DNA of 64,000 bases, taken from the IMG/VR virus record IMGVR_UViG_3300042505_000752, positions 32,001 through 96,000 of that record; one strand, written 5' to 3'. The position numbers and the translations under genes are program-made. Position 1 is the first letter of the stretch. Every line of letters begins with the position of its first letter. This DNA is from a virus. Of the stretch, positions 28,968 through 40,800 are shown one piece after another. The notes below the pieces were generated by a model. That model ran no database searches and was not told the origin of the DNA. It saw only the letters and a program-made list of their open reading frames with translations.

Positions 28968-30653
28968 ATGCCTGTACAAGAAGCAATAGAATTCAAAGCA
29001 ATGCCTGGTCAAATTGGTATTGACGAGGCTAAAGGCATCGTTGAATGCTTCGTTGCTGGTGTTGGCAACAAGGACAGCGTTGGCGATATTGTTCTTTCTG
29101 GTGCCTTTACTGAAAGTCTGAAGCGACGCAAGCCACGAGTCGTTTGGGGTCACGACTGGAATCACCCAATTGGCAAAGTTCTAGAAATTTACGAAGTACC
29201 TGCTAATGACCCTCGTTTGCCCGCAAAAATGAAGCGCGCTGGAATTGGTGGTCTTTATGCTCGCGTTCAGTTTAATTTAAAGGCAGATAAAGGTCGCGAG
29301 GCGTTTGCCAATGTCGCGTTCTATGGCGAGGACCAAGAATGGTCAATCGGCTACAAAACTTTAGATGCTATTTACGATAATGGTCGCCAAGCAAATCTAC
29401 TTCGTGAAGTAGAACTATATGAAGTAAGCCCTGTATTGCACGGAGCAAACCAACTGACGGGCACTATTTCTATTAAAGCAGCAAAAAAAGACGAGCCAGT
29501 AAACTCTTTTGGAAAATCAAAATGGGTGATGTTTGATCGTGAGTTTGCAAGTCGCCTAAAAAAGGATTATCCACAAATTTGGGCGCTCGGTGGAAACATC
29601 AAGGGCAATGACCAATATCGCATATTGACACAGATTGCCGAAGCGGGCGGAGTTGCTAAAAATCAGGCACAGACAAATGCATTAGAATTGCGTGAAGCAT
29701 GGGTGGCGCGCCATGCAGGAGATTTCCGACTACCTGGCGTAATTGCTCAAATCAAGTGGTTAGCAGTGGGTAGTCGCGGTGAAGACCACATGAAAAATGT
29801 AGTCCGTGAAGCCATGCAAAAACAAGATGCCAAAATGAAGGAAAAGACATTCCCAGCAGGGGAAATGGACGAAGAAGAAATGCCAAAAGGCATGGTAGGT
29901 CGTCAAATGGGGATGGCTCGTGCTTTGGCGATGGAACTTGGAAATAGGTTTGGTGGTCCTGCCAAAATTCGCCATGCTGATTCAAATATGGTTGTTTTTG
30001 ACCACATTATGGATGGCGTTCCAAGCACTATGCGTGTTGCTTTCCATTTTGACGGTGAACGGTTTATGTTCGGTAAACCAGACCGCGTAAAGCCTACTGT
30101 CGTGTATATGCCAGAAAATGAAGATGAGGAATACTCCAAGCCTTCAAAGCCAATGATGAAACCAACTAATGCTGGCAATGTTTACGACGATCAGTACGAA
30201 GATGAGGATAAGCCCGTCTGGATGAAGCCTAAGGCTTGCGGTTGTGGCGGGAAAACTAATGCGTCTTCGGAAATTGATGATGCATTTGACAGTTTCAAAT
30301 CTCTTTTTTCTGAAGAGGTCAAGGCTGGTCGTGCTATCAGTTCTGGCAATCTTGAAAAATTGATGCAGGCTATTGAATTAATTCGTGGTGTTGTAGCAGG
30401 TGGCGGGCGAGCCGAAATTGAAATGAAAGATCCAAGCGCCAACATCTCAACTAACATTGAAGACCTATTTGGAGTTAAGCAATTACTTGACCCAGTTTTT
30501 GAATACCATAATTTAAAAACACTTGCAACCGAGAATGGTATTGAAATAAAGGGTATAGTTTCAAGTAGTGCAATGAGCGCCATCAACACGGCGCTTAGTG
30601 TTTCTGATTATGATGCTGAATTGGTAGTGGAAAATAATTACACCGATAACTGA
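28968..30653 (+). CDS. HK97-type prohead protease with C-terminal extra domains
   Basis: DSVGDIVLSGAF, WGHDW..PIG, WSIGY, LYEVSPV.HGAN; later KAGRAISSGNLEKL segment. Confidence 0.92.
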   Translation: MPVQEAIEFKAMPGQIGIDEAKGIVECFVAGVGNKDSVGDIVLSGAFTESLKRRKPRVVWGHDWNHPIGKVLEIYEVPANDPRLPAKMKRAGIGGLYARVQFNLKADKGREAFANVAFYGEDQEWSIGYKTLDAIYDNGRQANLLREVELYEVSPVLHGANQLTGTISIKAAKKDEPVNSFGKSKWVMFDREFASRLKKDYPQIWALGGNIKGNDQYRILTQIAEAGGVAKNQAQTNALELREAWVARHAGDFRLPGVIAQIKWLAVGSRGEDHMKNVVREAMQKQDAKMKEKTFPAGEMDEEEMPKGMVGRQMGMARALAMELGNRFGGPAKIRHADSNMVVFDHIMDGVPSTMRVAFHFDGERFMFGKPDRVKPTVVYMPENEDEEYSKPSKPMMKPTNAGNVYDDQYEDEDKPVWMKPKACGCGGKTNASSEIDDAFDSFKSLFSEEVKAGRAISSGNLEKLMQAIELIRGVVAGGGRAEIEMKDPSANISTNIEDLFGVKQLLDPVFEYHNLKTLATENGIEIKGIVSSSAMSAINTALSVSDYDAELVVENNYTDN

Positions 30654-30667
30654 TTCAGGAAAGTAAT

Positions 30668-32233
30668 ATGGACACAGAAAAATCTTTAGTAAAAATAACA
30701 ACCAAGTATCACTGCATGGTTTCTGGAAAGAAACAAATGGAACCATGCGACGGATGCACAAACCCACAAGGCTGTCTTTCAAAAGCCATGCAATACAAGG
30801 AGAATGAAGAAATGGACGAACTCAACGAAAAGGCTATCGTCAAACTAGATGCAGACGGTGCTGTCGTAAAGTGCGCCAAGGGTCTTGGGGCTGCTGAATG
30901 TGGCTACAAGGCTGGAGCAAAAGTTTGTGGTGCTTGTGGTGCAATGGCATCAATGACCAAGGCTGGCATGATGCCAGATGCCGAAGAAGACGAAGAAGAA
31001 GAAATGTCGGATGACGACACTTCAATGATGCCCGATAAGAAGAAAAAGGGTGGCATGGGTGGCTACGCAATGGGCGAAGATGACGAGGAAGAAATGATGC
31101 CCGTCAAGAAGCGCGGTATGCCGATGGTGGATGTGGAAATGGCTGACGACGAAGAAATGATGCCTGCTCCAAAAAAGAAGAAGCCAATGATGATGGTTGA
31201 AGACGAAGAGGAAATGCCCGAAGACGAAGAAATGGGCAAGACTTGGATGATGAAGCCGAGCAAGCGTTCGCGCATGATGGCAATGAAGTCACTTGAAGTG
31301 AAGTCTGAAAATGACGATGTTTACATGTGTCAGTTGGAGCGCAAGTCGTACCCATCGGCAAGTCAAATTTGCGAAAACTGTCCTGGTGGATGCCAGACAG
31401 AAGGAGGCATGCCTGGCTTGTTAGATGTTGAAGGCGTTGGTCTTGGCATTATTGGCGGAAAAGTACTTGACTCTGGTTACTCATTTGACGACGATCTTTT
31501 TGTTGTTCAACTTCAGGCAAAAGATGGCAATACATGGGAAATGATTGCCGATGGTCAAAGTGGTGAAATGTTGCGCATGGAGCGCATTAAGACACCAGAC
31601 TTTGGCATTGAAGGCAAGTCGGCATTTGATGAAGAAACCGCTTCAGACTTTGGAATCGTTTCAGCATCAGAAGCAGTTGAGATTGCATTGAAGTCGCTTG
31701 AAGCAGAATTTGATGTAATTGGCGATGTTGTTTCAACTGACTCGGATGTATTCCTCGGTCATGATGTTTACTCAATTGAAGTAGACGCAATGAATGGCAA
31801 GTCATACGATGTCTATGTTTCGCTTGATGGACAGTTTGTCGGTCTTGATGAGTGGACTGCTGATGAAGCAGAAGAGATTGAAGCAGAGGCTGCTGAAATT
31901 GCATTGAAGCGTGCATACGACGAAGAGTCACGCACAGACATGGCTAAGGGCGGTATGGCAATGCCTGACGGCTCATACCCAATCAAGGATGTTGCTGACC
32001 TTCGTAATGCAATTCAGGCATACGGACGAGCCAAGGACAAGGAAGCAACCAAGGCGCACATCATCAAGCGTGCAATGGCTTTGGGTTCAGAAGATTTGAT
32101 TCCTGAGAATTGGGTTCCGAAAGACATCAAAGACAAGTTCTCTAGTGAAAAATCTGAAGACAGTCAATTTATGGCTTCCTTGATGGAGTTTGAACTTCTT
32201 GCACAAGAAGAGAATCTTAAAGACATTCTTTAG
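30668..32233 (+). CDS. Head-associated acidic protein with Cys clusters, PepSY-like domains and C-terminal AMPDGSYPI domain
   Basis: VSASEAVEIALKS...VYSIEV..MNGKSYDVYVS PepSY pattern; AMPDGSYPIKDVADLRNAIQAYGRAK module. Confidence 0.6.
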   Translation: MDTEKSLVKITTKYHCMVSGKKQMEPCDGCTNPQGCLSKAMQYKENEEMDELNEKAIVKLDADGAVVKCAKGLGAAECGYKAGAKVCGACGAMASMTKAGMMPDAEEDEEEEMSDDDTSMMPDKKKKGGMGGYAMGEDDEEEMMPVKKRGMPMVDVEMADDEEMMPAPKKKKPMMMVEDEEEMPEDEEMGKTWMMKPSKRSRMMAMKSLEVKSENDDVYMCQLERKSYPSASQICENCPGGCQTEGGMPGLLDVEGVGLGIIGGKVLDSGYSFDDDLFVVQLQAKDGNTWEMIADGQSGEMLRMERIKTPDFGIEGKSAFDEETASDFGIVSASEAVEIALKSLEAEFDVIGDVVSTDSDVFLGHDVYSIEVDAMNGKSYDVYVSLDGQFVGLDEWTADEAEEIEAEAAEIALKRAYDEESRTDMAKGGMAMPDGSYPIKDVADLRNAIQAYGRAKDKEATKAHIIKRAMALGSEDLIPENWVPKDIKDKFSSEKSEDSQFMASLMEFELLAQEENLKDIL

Positions 32234-32265
32234 TCTCAAACTCAAATCAACGAAAGGAATCATTC

Positions 32266-32889
32266 ATGTCGTTTGATTTTTCACAAGTTAACGGTGTCCA
32301 TGTAAAATTGGCAGTATCCCCTGATGCTATTCCTCAAGAACGCATCACTGGGGACATTCTCAAGGGGCGTGGACCGCGCCGAGGTAACTTGGAAAGATTA
32401 CTGCGATACTGGCGACCCATTATGCGTAAGCCAGGTGGATTTCGCCGTTGCAAAGTCATTCTTGCAGATCACCCCGAATTATTCCCATTGAATAATATTT
32501 GTGCGTGGCTTCATCATGAGACTACTGGCTTATGGCCAAACGAGGGATGTCATCACCCTGGTATGAAAAATTGCCGTAAGAAAATTCAAGGTGTCGTTAG
32601 GGGTTCAGTTATTAGCGATAATGAATTTGCTCAGCGTCTTTCACGGCTTCGTGGCGATGGAAAGTCTCTTGACTCCATGGATGGTTACGATTCTGAAGTT
32701 GTAACCGAATCAGACTTTAATCACGCAAAGAGCGTCCTTGATGATTTTATTGAAATGGAAAATAAATTCATTATCTTTATCAATGATGACAATAATTGGC
32801 TTCACGAAGGTCAAGACGAAGATGGAAATTGGTCTCCGCATGATTGGATGAAGCCAGAAGGTCACGAAAAAGACTGCGGATGCGGGTGA
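32266..32889 (+). CDS. Head-module hypothetical protein
   Basis: GNLERLLRYW...GGFRRC...CAWLHHETTGLWP motif; position in the head operon. Confidence 0.6.
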   Translation: MSFDFSQVNGVHVKLAVSPDAIPQERITGDILKGRGPRRGNLERLLRYWRPIMRKPGGFRRCKVILADHPELFPLNNICAWLHHETTGLWPNEGCHHPGMKNCRKKIQGVVRGSVISDNEFAQRLSRLRGDGKSLDSMDGYDSEVVTESDFNHAKSVLDDFIEMENKFIIFINDDNNWLHEGQDEDGNWSPHDWMKPEGHEKDCGCG

Positions 32890-32894
32890 TTTAA

Positions 32895-34832
32895 TTGGAA
32901 GATAGTAGCCGCAGGGAAAATCATCCTGACTGGGTTCAGGCAAGGGTTAAATCATTCATTCAGGACACAAAAGTTGGCACTGTCAGTTCTGGTTCTGGCG
33001 TAGGACAGGCACTACAAGGTGCAGTTTCGTATGTAACTCCTGGTGATGTTAGTGGTGTAACTAGTCCTGTTCGCTCTCGTCTTTACTCTGCCATCACTCC
33101 TGGTGGTCGCGGCTTGCGTCCTCGTGTCAATAGACCAAATGAGCGCGGATATCGTTGCCCTGAGGGATATCAGTTTGGTGGTCGTTTTACTGACTCTAAG
33201 TGGTCTACATGCGGACGACAGTTATTTGATATTCCATCACTATCACGGACTTTGCTCCAAATTGCTGATAACGCTATTCGTGCAGGGCGTGGTATTGGAT
33301 ATCAAAATCCCGACACAAATCCACTTGGCGGAGCAGAAGTTACTGGCGTTTCATTGATCCAAAGCCGTATGGCAAATGTTCCTCGTGTTGGTGCTTATGA
33401 TAAAAAGAAGCGTGACGATGGCTTAAAGGCGGCAATTGACGAGTTAGTCAATCCATTGGCTCCAGCGTCAATGATGATTCGGCGCGATGGTTTCCCAATG
33501 CAACCAGTCGTTTCTGCTGGAGAATTACGGAAAGTTCCAGACAATCGCAATATGGAAGGCGCAGTCTTTCTATTGTCTGCATCCAATATTGATTCTTTTG
33601 GTGGCGATGAATTGGGTTTATTGTCAAATACTGGCGTGAGCACTTTGATTTATGTTCTACCTAATGGTTCTACTGTTCGTATGGACAAAACCCGTGCGTT
33701 AACCGTAGGCGAACGGCGCAAGTTGGGCAAGACTGTCAGTTCGGCATCCAAGATTGACAATAGTAATGATCCATTGGCTCGTCTAAAAATGGTCATTTCA
33801 GACTCTGGTGGCGGAATTTCTATCAACAAAGATTTTTCTAAAATTCGCAATGCTGAAGAAGTTGTTGATTCAGGCAAATTTAAAGGAAAGCCTCGCTGGG
33901 TTGCTGAAGCGTTTCGCAATAGTGGCAAAAAGCGTACTGTTTCTCCCCAGTCAATTGTTGATGATTCCAAGTTGGATTCCGAAACAGAAACTCAGGCAAG
34001 TAAAAATATCAATGATGTAGAAACCGCTATTGAACATATAAACAACGGTGGAAATCTTTCTGATATTAATCCTGCTATTTTGCCTCAGGCTATTCGTCGT
34101 GCAAAAGTTTATCGTCAAAAGAATATTGGATCTGGTCGTATTCTTTTTGAGCGTACTGACGGCGGTGTTTCTTTTATAGAGGTTTCCAATGGAAAGCGCC
34201 TTGAGCATCTTGGTGCCCATTTTTCTGCCGCTATCGCTGAACATCTTGAATTGCCTACTCCTAAAATCCGCATCATGGGTGAAGGAGACAATCGTCCTTA
34301 CCTCGTTCAGAATATTGATACTGTCGTGCCAAATGGCAAATTACAATCTATGAAGTTGACAGATATGCCAGCCAAAGACCTTGCTGGTATTTTTGTTTCT
34401 GATTACTTGACAGATGTTCGCAAACGAAATCCTTCTACTGTTTCGGCTGTTTCTGCTGATGGTAAAGTTCGCGCAATTGCAACGATGAATGCCCCCTCAT
34501 CATTGGCTGGTTTATCTGCTGAAGAAATGATTAAGCGTCGTTCCATTGTTATTGGCGATTGGGCAAAATCAGATGGAAATAATATCCTAAAAGCCATCCA
34601 AAATCGCAATGAAGAAGTTCGTCGTCAAATTCTGGCTGTTTATGAAGATTTAATTCAACGAGCACGCGCTTTTAAATGGGATTCTTACATTAAGCAACTA
34701 CGGTTAGACGGTAAACTTTCTAGTGCAGAACAAAAGCATATGGATATTGTGAAATCTCTATATGACCAAAGACTAGACAATTTAGCCAAGTCTAAGGAAT
34801 CTTTTGCTAATATTTTGGAGTTAGGCAAATGA
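32895..34832 (+). CDS. Leader-motif protein with degenerate HipA/PI4K-like (pseudo)kinase domain
   Basis: YRCPEGYQFGGRFTD..WSTCG leader; AIAEHLELPTPKIR and DYLTDVRKRNPS align with the kinase motifs of the next two genes, but DRH and DxG are lost. Confidence 0.55.
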   Translation: MEDSSRRENHPDWVQARVKSFIQDTKVGTVSSGSGVGQALQGAVSYVTPGDVSGVTSPVRSRLYSAITPGGRGLRPRVNRPNERGYRCPEGYQFGGRFTDSKWSTCGRQLFDIPSLSRTLLQIADNAIRAGRGIGYQNPDTNPLGGAEVTGVSLIQSRMANVPRVGAYDKKKRDDGLKAAIDELVNPLAPASMMIRRDGFPMQPVVSAGELRKVPDNRNMEGAVFLLSASNIDSFGGDELGLLSNTGVSTLIYVLPNGSTVRMDKTRALTVGERRKLGKTVSSASKIDNSNDPLARLKMVISDSGGGISINKDFSKIRNAEEVVDSGKFKGKPRWVAEAFRNSGKKRTVSPQSIVDDSKLDSETETQASKNINDVETAIEHINNGGNLSDINPAILPQAIRRAKVYRQKNIGSGRILFERTDGGVSFIEVSNGKRLEHLGAHFSAAIAEHLELPTPKIRIMGEGDNRPYLVQNIDTVVPNGKLQSMKLTDMPAKDLAGIFVSDYLTDVRKRNPSTVSAVSADGKVRAIATMNAPSSLAGLSAEEMIKRRSIVIGDWAKSDGNNILKAIQNRNEEVRRQILAVYEDLIQRARAFKWDSYIKQLRLDGKLSSAEQKHMDIVKSLYDQRLDNLAKSKESFANILELGK

Positions 34833-37800
34833 GTAAAATAGTTCTTATTAAAGACGCAATCAAGGATGAGCCATACGCTCTTGTGTCTTACGACTCCATG
34901 GAGGTTAAGGCATTTGCGCTAACCGACGATGCCGAAGAATGGTCCGAATGGGCTAATCAGTCATGTAAAACAATTGACGAGATTCGTGAAAGTCTTACCT
35001 ATTCACTTCAGACAGAACTCCCACGACCAGCAACTGAAATTGAATTAGATGGAATTAAACAATTCACTACATCTGAGCGTTTTATTCAAATTAAGTCTGC
35101 AATTAGTGAATCAAAACTTGAAATGGTTGGCACATTTAGCCGTCAGAGTCGTCGCTTTGCCGTAAAGACATTGAAAGATTCGGAACTTCCAGAAAGTCCA
35201 TCTTCATTGCCTTTGACTTCTTTTAGTGCTCAAAGTCGGCAGGCAATCATTGAGTACAAGGCATTGTCTTTTAGGGCTGACAATAAGTTTTCGGCTACAG
35301 CATTTGAAGCAAAGGGTGCGCGAGCATTATGGGACCCCGCCCTTGGACCGTCTGGTGGATGGCGATGCCCTCAAGGTTCTCAGTTTGGTGGATACATCAC
35401 TGACCGCTTCGGTCGTGGATGCGGTGGAGGGGTTCTCCGTCGTGTTGGGCGAGCATTAGTTGATGCAGGTCGTGGAATTGACAAATTGGGCGAGGCACGA
35501 GGCGCTCGTCGTCTTGGTCGTGCCGCTGATAAACTCAATGATAAGCCTGGTGGCGGACGCGCTCAGCGTGCCGTTGGTAATGCGGCTAACGCTCTTGAGC
35601 GTGGCGCGCAGGGTCTGGTTGGAGACTACAAGCCTGGTGATGCTGTTTCGCGTCGTCGTGGCGTGTCTGCCCCAGATATTGCTCCCGAGCGTAAGAAGGA
35701 AATTGATGACCGCCTGATGGCTATTCAGGCAGAACTTGATGATCTGGTTGATCAGCCCCCGACTGGCGATATTGAGAAGCGCATTACAGAACTTACCAAT
35801 GAAAATAAGAAATTGCGTCGCGAGCGAGATGGCGCAATGCCAAAGCGTGTTTCTGCCGTCAAGCCCGCTCCATCAAAGCGCCGTGTTGTTAAGCCTGAGG
35901 CTGGACGCAATGAGCGAGTTCAAGGCAAGCGCCCTGTAAAGAAGCCAGTTACGCAAGGTCGTCGTCAGGGCGTTCTAGATCGTGCCGCTCAACGACTCGT
36001 TGGGGAATATGACCCATCAGAGTATAAGCCTGGTGACAAAAAGCGCATTAAAGACCGCGAAAATCGTTACGCAAAAGTTTCTGATGAAGCATTGATTAAT
36101 GCGCTAAAGATGAACTCGCCCAAGGCTATTAAGCCGGGTCAGAATCGTGACATTGAGGCAAACAAGCGTCAAGAGCGACTTGAAGTTCTTCAGGAAATGC
36201 TCAATCGTGGCATTGATATTCCAGAACAATTTAAGAAAGAAGTCAAGCAGTATCGCTTAAAGCCCCAGCGTAAAAAGCGTGGTGCTAAGGCTGGTAGTCT
36301 CCGTAGTCGTGCCGCCAACGCCCTAGAGCGCGCCGCTCAGCGAGTTCTTGCTGGAGACAAGAATAAGAAGCGTCGTGACCGTAGTCGTCGTAAGCGTGCC
36401 GCTGATGCTTTTGAGCGTGGCGCACAGCGAATTCTTGATGGCAAGAAAAAGCCCAAAAAACAAGATAATCGCAAAAAGCCACAACCAAACGGTGGGCTTA
36501 ACCTACCTGGCGGTGGTCGTGGGATTATTGAACCGCGAGATACTGAAGGTTTGCCAAAACCAGGCATGGGGGGTATGCGAAAGCCTGGTGAAGGTCAAAT
36601 TACTCCTGAAGAACTTCAAGATTTAATAGATAGTAATTTAGGTATTACTGGTCTTTCCGAATTACGCAAACAGTTCAAAGATTATGACGATGCCCAGATT
36701 GACAATTTTTTAAGTCGTTTTGTTAAAGCACGCGAAAAAATGAATAATGATAATCCAGAAAGATTAAAACTTGACAAGTGGATCATCAATCTTGAAATGG
36801 AAAAAACCGCTCGTGAACTTGATCGCCTAAAGAATGGCAAGAGAGAACGAGACAATCAGCGTGTCCGTGCCCGTCGTGCCGTTACCGCTCAAAGCGCATT
36901 TACTCCCATTCGTCGTCCACGCCCAAAGAAAATGAAAGGCGACAAGATTGCTTGGGATGATATGGATGCCCAGCAAAAAGCACGGATGCGTAATCGTGCT
37001 ATCGCTGAACTTGACGACCTTGATGCAAGTTGGCGCAAGCGTCTTGGCTTAAAGAGTAATGAAAAACTCACTGACAAGATGATTCGTGACTACATTAAAG
37101 AACGCGAGAACAACAAGCCTGGTGCTTACATCGGAGTTCTTAAGGCTAACGCCAATGACTGGGGCGTTCTCAAGGACTATGCAAATGACCTTGAAAATGG
37201 GGATATTCTTAATAATCTTGGTCCCAAGCGACGCAAGACACTCGTTGACGACTTGAACAATGCTTCTACCCCCAAGCGTGTCAAGACACCAAGTTCACCA
37301 CGCCCCAAGTCTGCCCCAAGTGCAAAAAAGCGTGATGGTCTAAACGATAATGAAAAGAACCGTCTCAAAGAACTTGACGGACCTGAATTTGATAACCAAG
37401 TAGAAGCATTTGACGAAGCAGAGCGTTTGGCTAAAGCAAATAATGAATCTATGGTTGCGTTTGAACAAGATGGAAAATTCCGTGTTGTTAAGGCGCAAGA
37501 CTTTAACGATCTACTAGATGGTATTGATGATGATAGTCGTATGCAAAATGCGATTGGTAGTGTTCGCCATTTTGATGCCAATGGCAACGAGAGCAAGATT
37601 GATGTTTCCGAGTCTGCTCGCGTTAAGCAATCAATTAAAGAATCACTTGGCATTGATGCTCCAGAATCGCTTGGTGGCTCAATACCCGATGATCGGTCAC
37701 GACGAAATGTGCGTAATCGGTTCCCGAATAATGGACTCCCCGATAAGGCATTCTGGCGAGATAAAGACTGGAAGCCTCGTACTGGTGGAGATGATGCAGA

Positions 37801-40800
37801 AAAGCATGAGCGTAGGTTTGGTCGCTACTTTGATTCCGACGGAAACATCAATGCTCGTGGTCGCTTTGTTAATGGTCAGTTAGAACAAGAGCGAGCAGAA
37901 AAGGCAAAGCCTAGGTTTAGCAAGACACCAGAATCTGTGATTCCAGAATCTGGTCGTAGAAAAACATCTACTTATAGTTTTGGTAAACTTCAAGTTTTTG
38001 GCGAGGATAATAACGGAAGAGTTCTTTGGAAGGACAAAGATGGCTTTGTTATCCCTGACAACATCGTAAATGATGAAGCCGTACGACAACGCTACATGCG
38101 TTATGCAAAAGAGGGGCGAGATGCCTATCTAAATGCAGAATTTGCACGAAATCTTGGCAAAAAAATTGATGACCTTTTAGTTAATAACGACCCTGAGAAG
38201 CGTCGTGAATTAAGGAATAATCTTCAAAATCTTATTGAAGATCGGCGTTTGTTGATTTCACGAGAAAACCCTGTTGCGGTTCGTGGTTCGTGGGCTGGGG
38301 AATTAGTTGCATTGCAAAATATGCTTAATGAGTTGGATTCTCATCCAAACGCAGTAGATATTTCTCCAATGAAAAATGAAGGACTTGATTCCTTACCCAA
38401 GGCTTCTATTAAGCGTCGCGATTCATCCCTTATTAAATTGCCTGAATTTAAAAAAGAAAAAGAAGTATTCGTTCAATATTATGACCTTCGTAATGACAGG
38501 TTTAAAGCACATCTTGAAAACGACAGGCTTGATGATGCAAATATCATGATTGAAGGACTTGCTAACGAAATTGATGGGCATAACAGGATGCTGGCTGACC
38601 CTGCAATGCCTGAAGAAGACAGGGTTAAAATTTTAGCGCGCCGTTCAGCCGCTCTTGAAAAAGTAGGTAAGTTTAACCAAGATTTGCAACTTCGTATGGA
38701 TGAAATTAATAAACGAATTGGCGCAGAAAACGCTGCACGATGGGGAATCCCAAGACTTATGACCAACCCCGAAGGTAACGCAACTCCAGATAGTGCTGAG
38801 GCACGACTTGCAATCCTTGGAAATAATTACCAGATTAAATTTGCAAAAAACATTCGTCTTGAAGGAGCAAAAGACCGCGCTGCGGAACTTGCAAAAGAAA
38901 AAAATGATGGCGAAGGAATCTATGTTACAAAAGATATAAAGAGTGGTAAATTCTTTTTATTAACTCGGGCTGATTTTGAAGAAGCAGTTAAAAACGATGC
39001 TTTTTCTGAAAATTATGTTGTTGATGCTGTCGTCTATGCCGCAAAGACCCCAGCGCCACCAAAGCCTCCTAGCGTTGCAAGAATTCCTGATTTGAATGAT
39101 CCGTTTGATGGATTTAAATCGCGTTTTAGTCCTATGGATTTTGATGCGGATGATAAAGATAATCCAATCAAGGCAGCAAGAAAATATGCTGTTGAATTTG
39201 ATAGTGATTTTGTAGTTGCACAACGCTTGAATGATGGTAAGCAATTTGTTCTTGATGCCCGTGACTGGAACGACTTTGTAAACTCTCCAAAAATAAATAG
39301 TGATGATTTTGTCGCCGTAGGTATTTTTGGTGGGTATGGCAAAGATACCGATGGAATGCCCAAGTTAAATGATGGCAAAAAACGACTTATTGACGAAATG
39401 CAAAGTAGAGATTTAGGTCGCGTTTTCCCCAAGGGAAATCGTGTTTTTGGTAGTGGTGATAAAAAGGCAAGAGAACGCGCTCAAAAATTTGCCAAGCAGG
39501 GAGCAGATGATGATGGGCGCAATCGTTATGTTATTGATACGGGCAAACAATACATGGTCGTCAGTGAAAAAGAATATCAAGAACTACTAGCGGAATTTAA
39601 CAATAATGAACAACGCTTAAACGCGACGCTTTCTCCCGAGAAGTTTATTAGAGAACGAAAAGGCAACAATGCAGTAGGTAGGGATGCCCTTCTTGGTCCT
39701 CAACAAATGCCAATTGATGCCGACGAGTACAAGGATGCTGTCATTGCGGTGCATGACGGCAATGGTGCTATTGACCAAATACCTGATGCACTATTTGCTG
39801 CTGTTATATTTGACGAGAATCTTGAAGATACTATTCGTCCCGGAAATAGGGTGGCTCCGCAACCATTAATAAATGATGACGGCAGTCAAGCCACATTTGA
39901 GGATATTTTTAGTGGACGAATGAAACCAGGCTACGGCGCTGAATTTGAAAACAAACGATTTAAATTTAAAAACTTTAAAGATGCGGGCGATTCATACGGT
40001 GGAATTTGGTCAGTATATAGAGTTGAGGACAAGCAGACTGGAGAAATTTGGTTTATTAAATCTTCCACATATGGTGCCAATGACGCAATGCTGGAAGATA
40101 TCGGCATGGAGGCTGCTGGTATTTTTAATTTTGCCGCCAAGAATGATGCAAAGCAAATAAGAATTTCCGCTCCGATTGCTGTTGAAAAAAATGGCAGGCA
40201 AGTCAGATGGACTGCCATGCGCGATATTGATCAATGGGATGCTCCAAATGGTGAGGCTTTAACTTGGGTAGATGCTGGCGATGGTGGAAATATTCAAGGG
40301 CGAAGTGTCAGCCTTGAAGATATGGCTGCCGTTTTAGTTCTTGACTATGTTCTAGATAACCAAGATAGGCATGCAGGAAACTTTAAAATTGCGACTGATT
40401 CAAATGGCGTTCAGCGTCTAGGTGTCATTGACAATGGGCTAATGTTTGGCGGACGGGCATATGACATGCTTCCACTAAGTCACGATGATGAAGTCACTCC
40501 AATGGGTCTTAATGAACTTGCCGAACAAAGAAAAGCCTTAGACCTTGAGGGTTACAAAAAAGGTACTGGCCATATCTTATTACGGAGTCTACCAAGTACA
40601 TTTATTGATCGTCTTCGTCAGAGTCAATTTGATAGAGATGAATTTAATCTTCAGGTAAAATACTCAATTGAAACAATGCGAGAAAGTATTGACAGAATTC
40701 TTGATGAGCAAAGACTAAAGGGTAAGGGCATTTCACTTAGCGGTACAGAACTAGCACATTTAAAGGCAATGAAATTAGTTGCTGACGCTCGCTTGAAATA

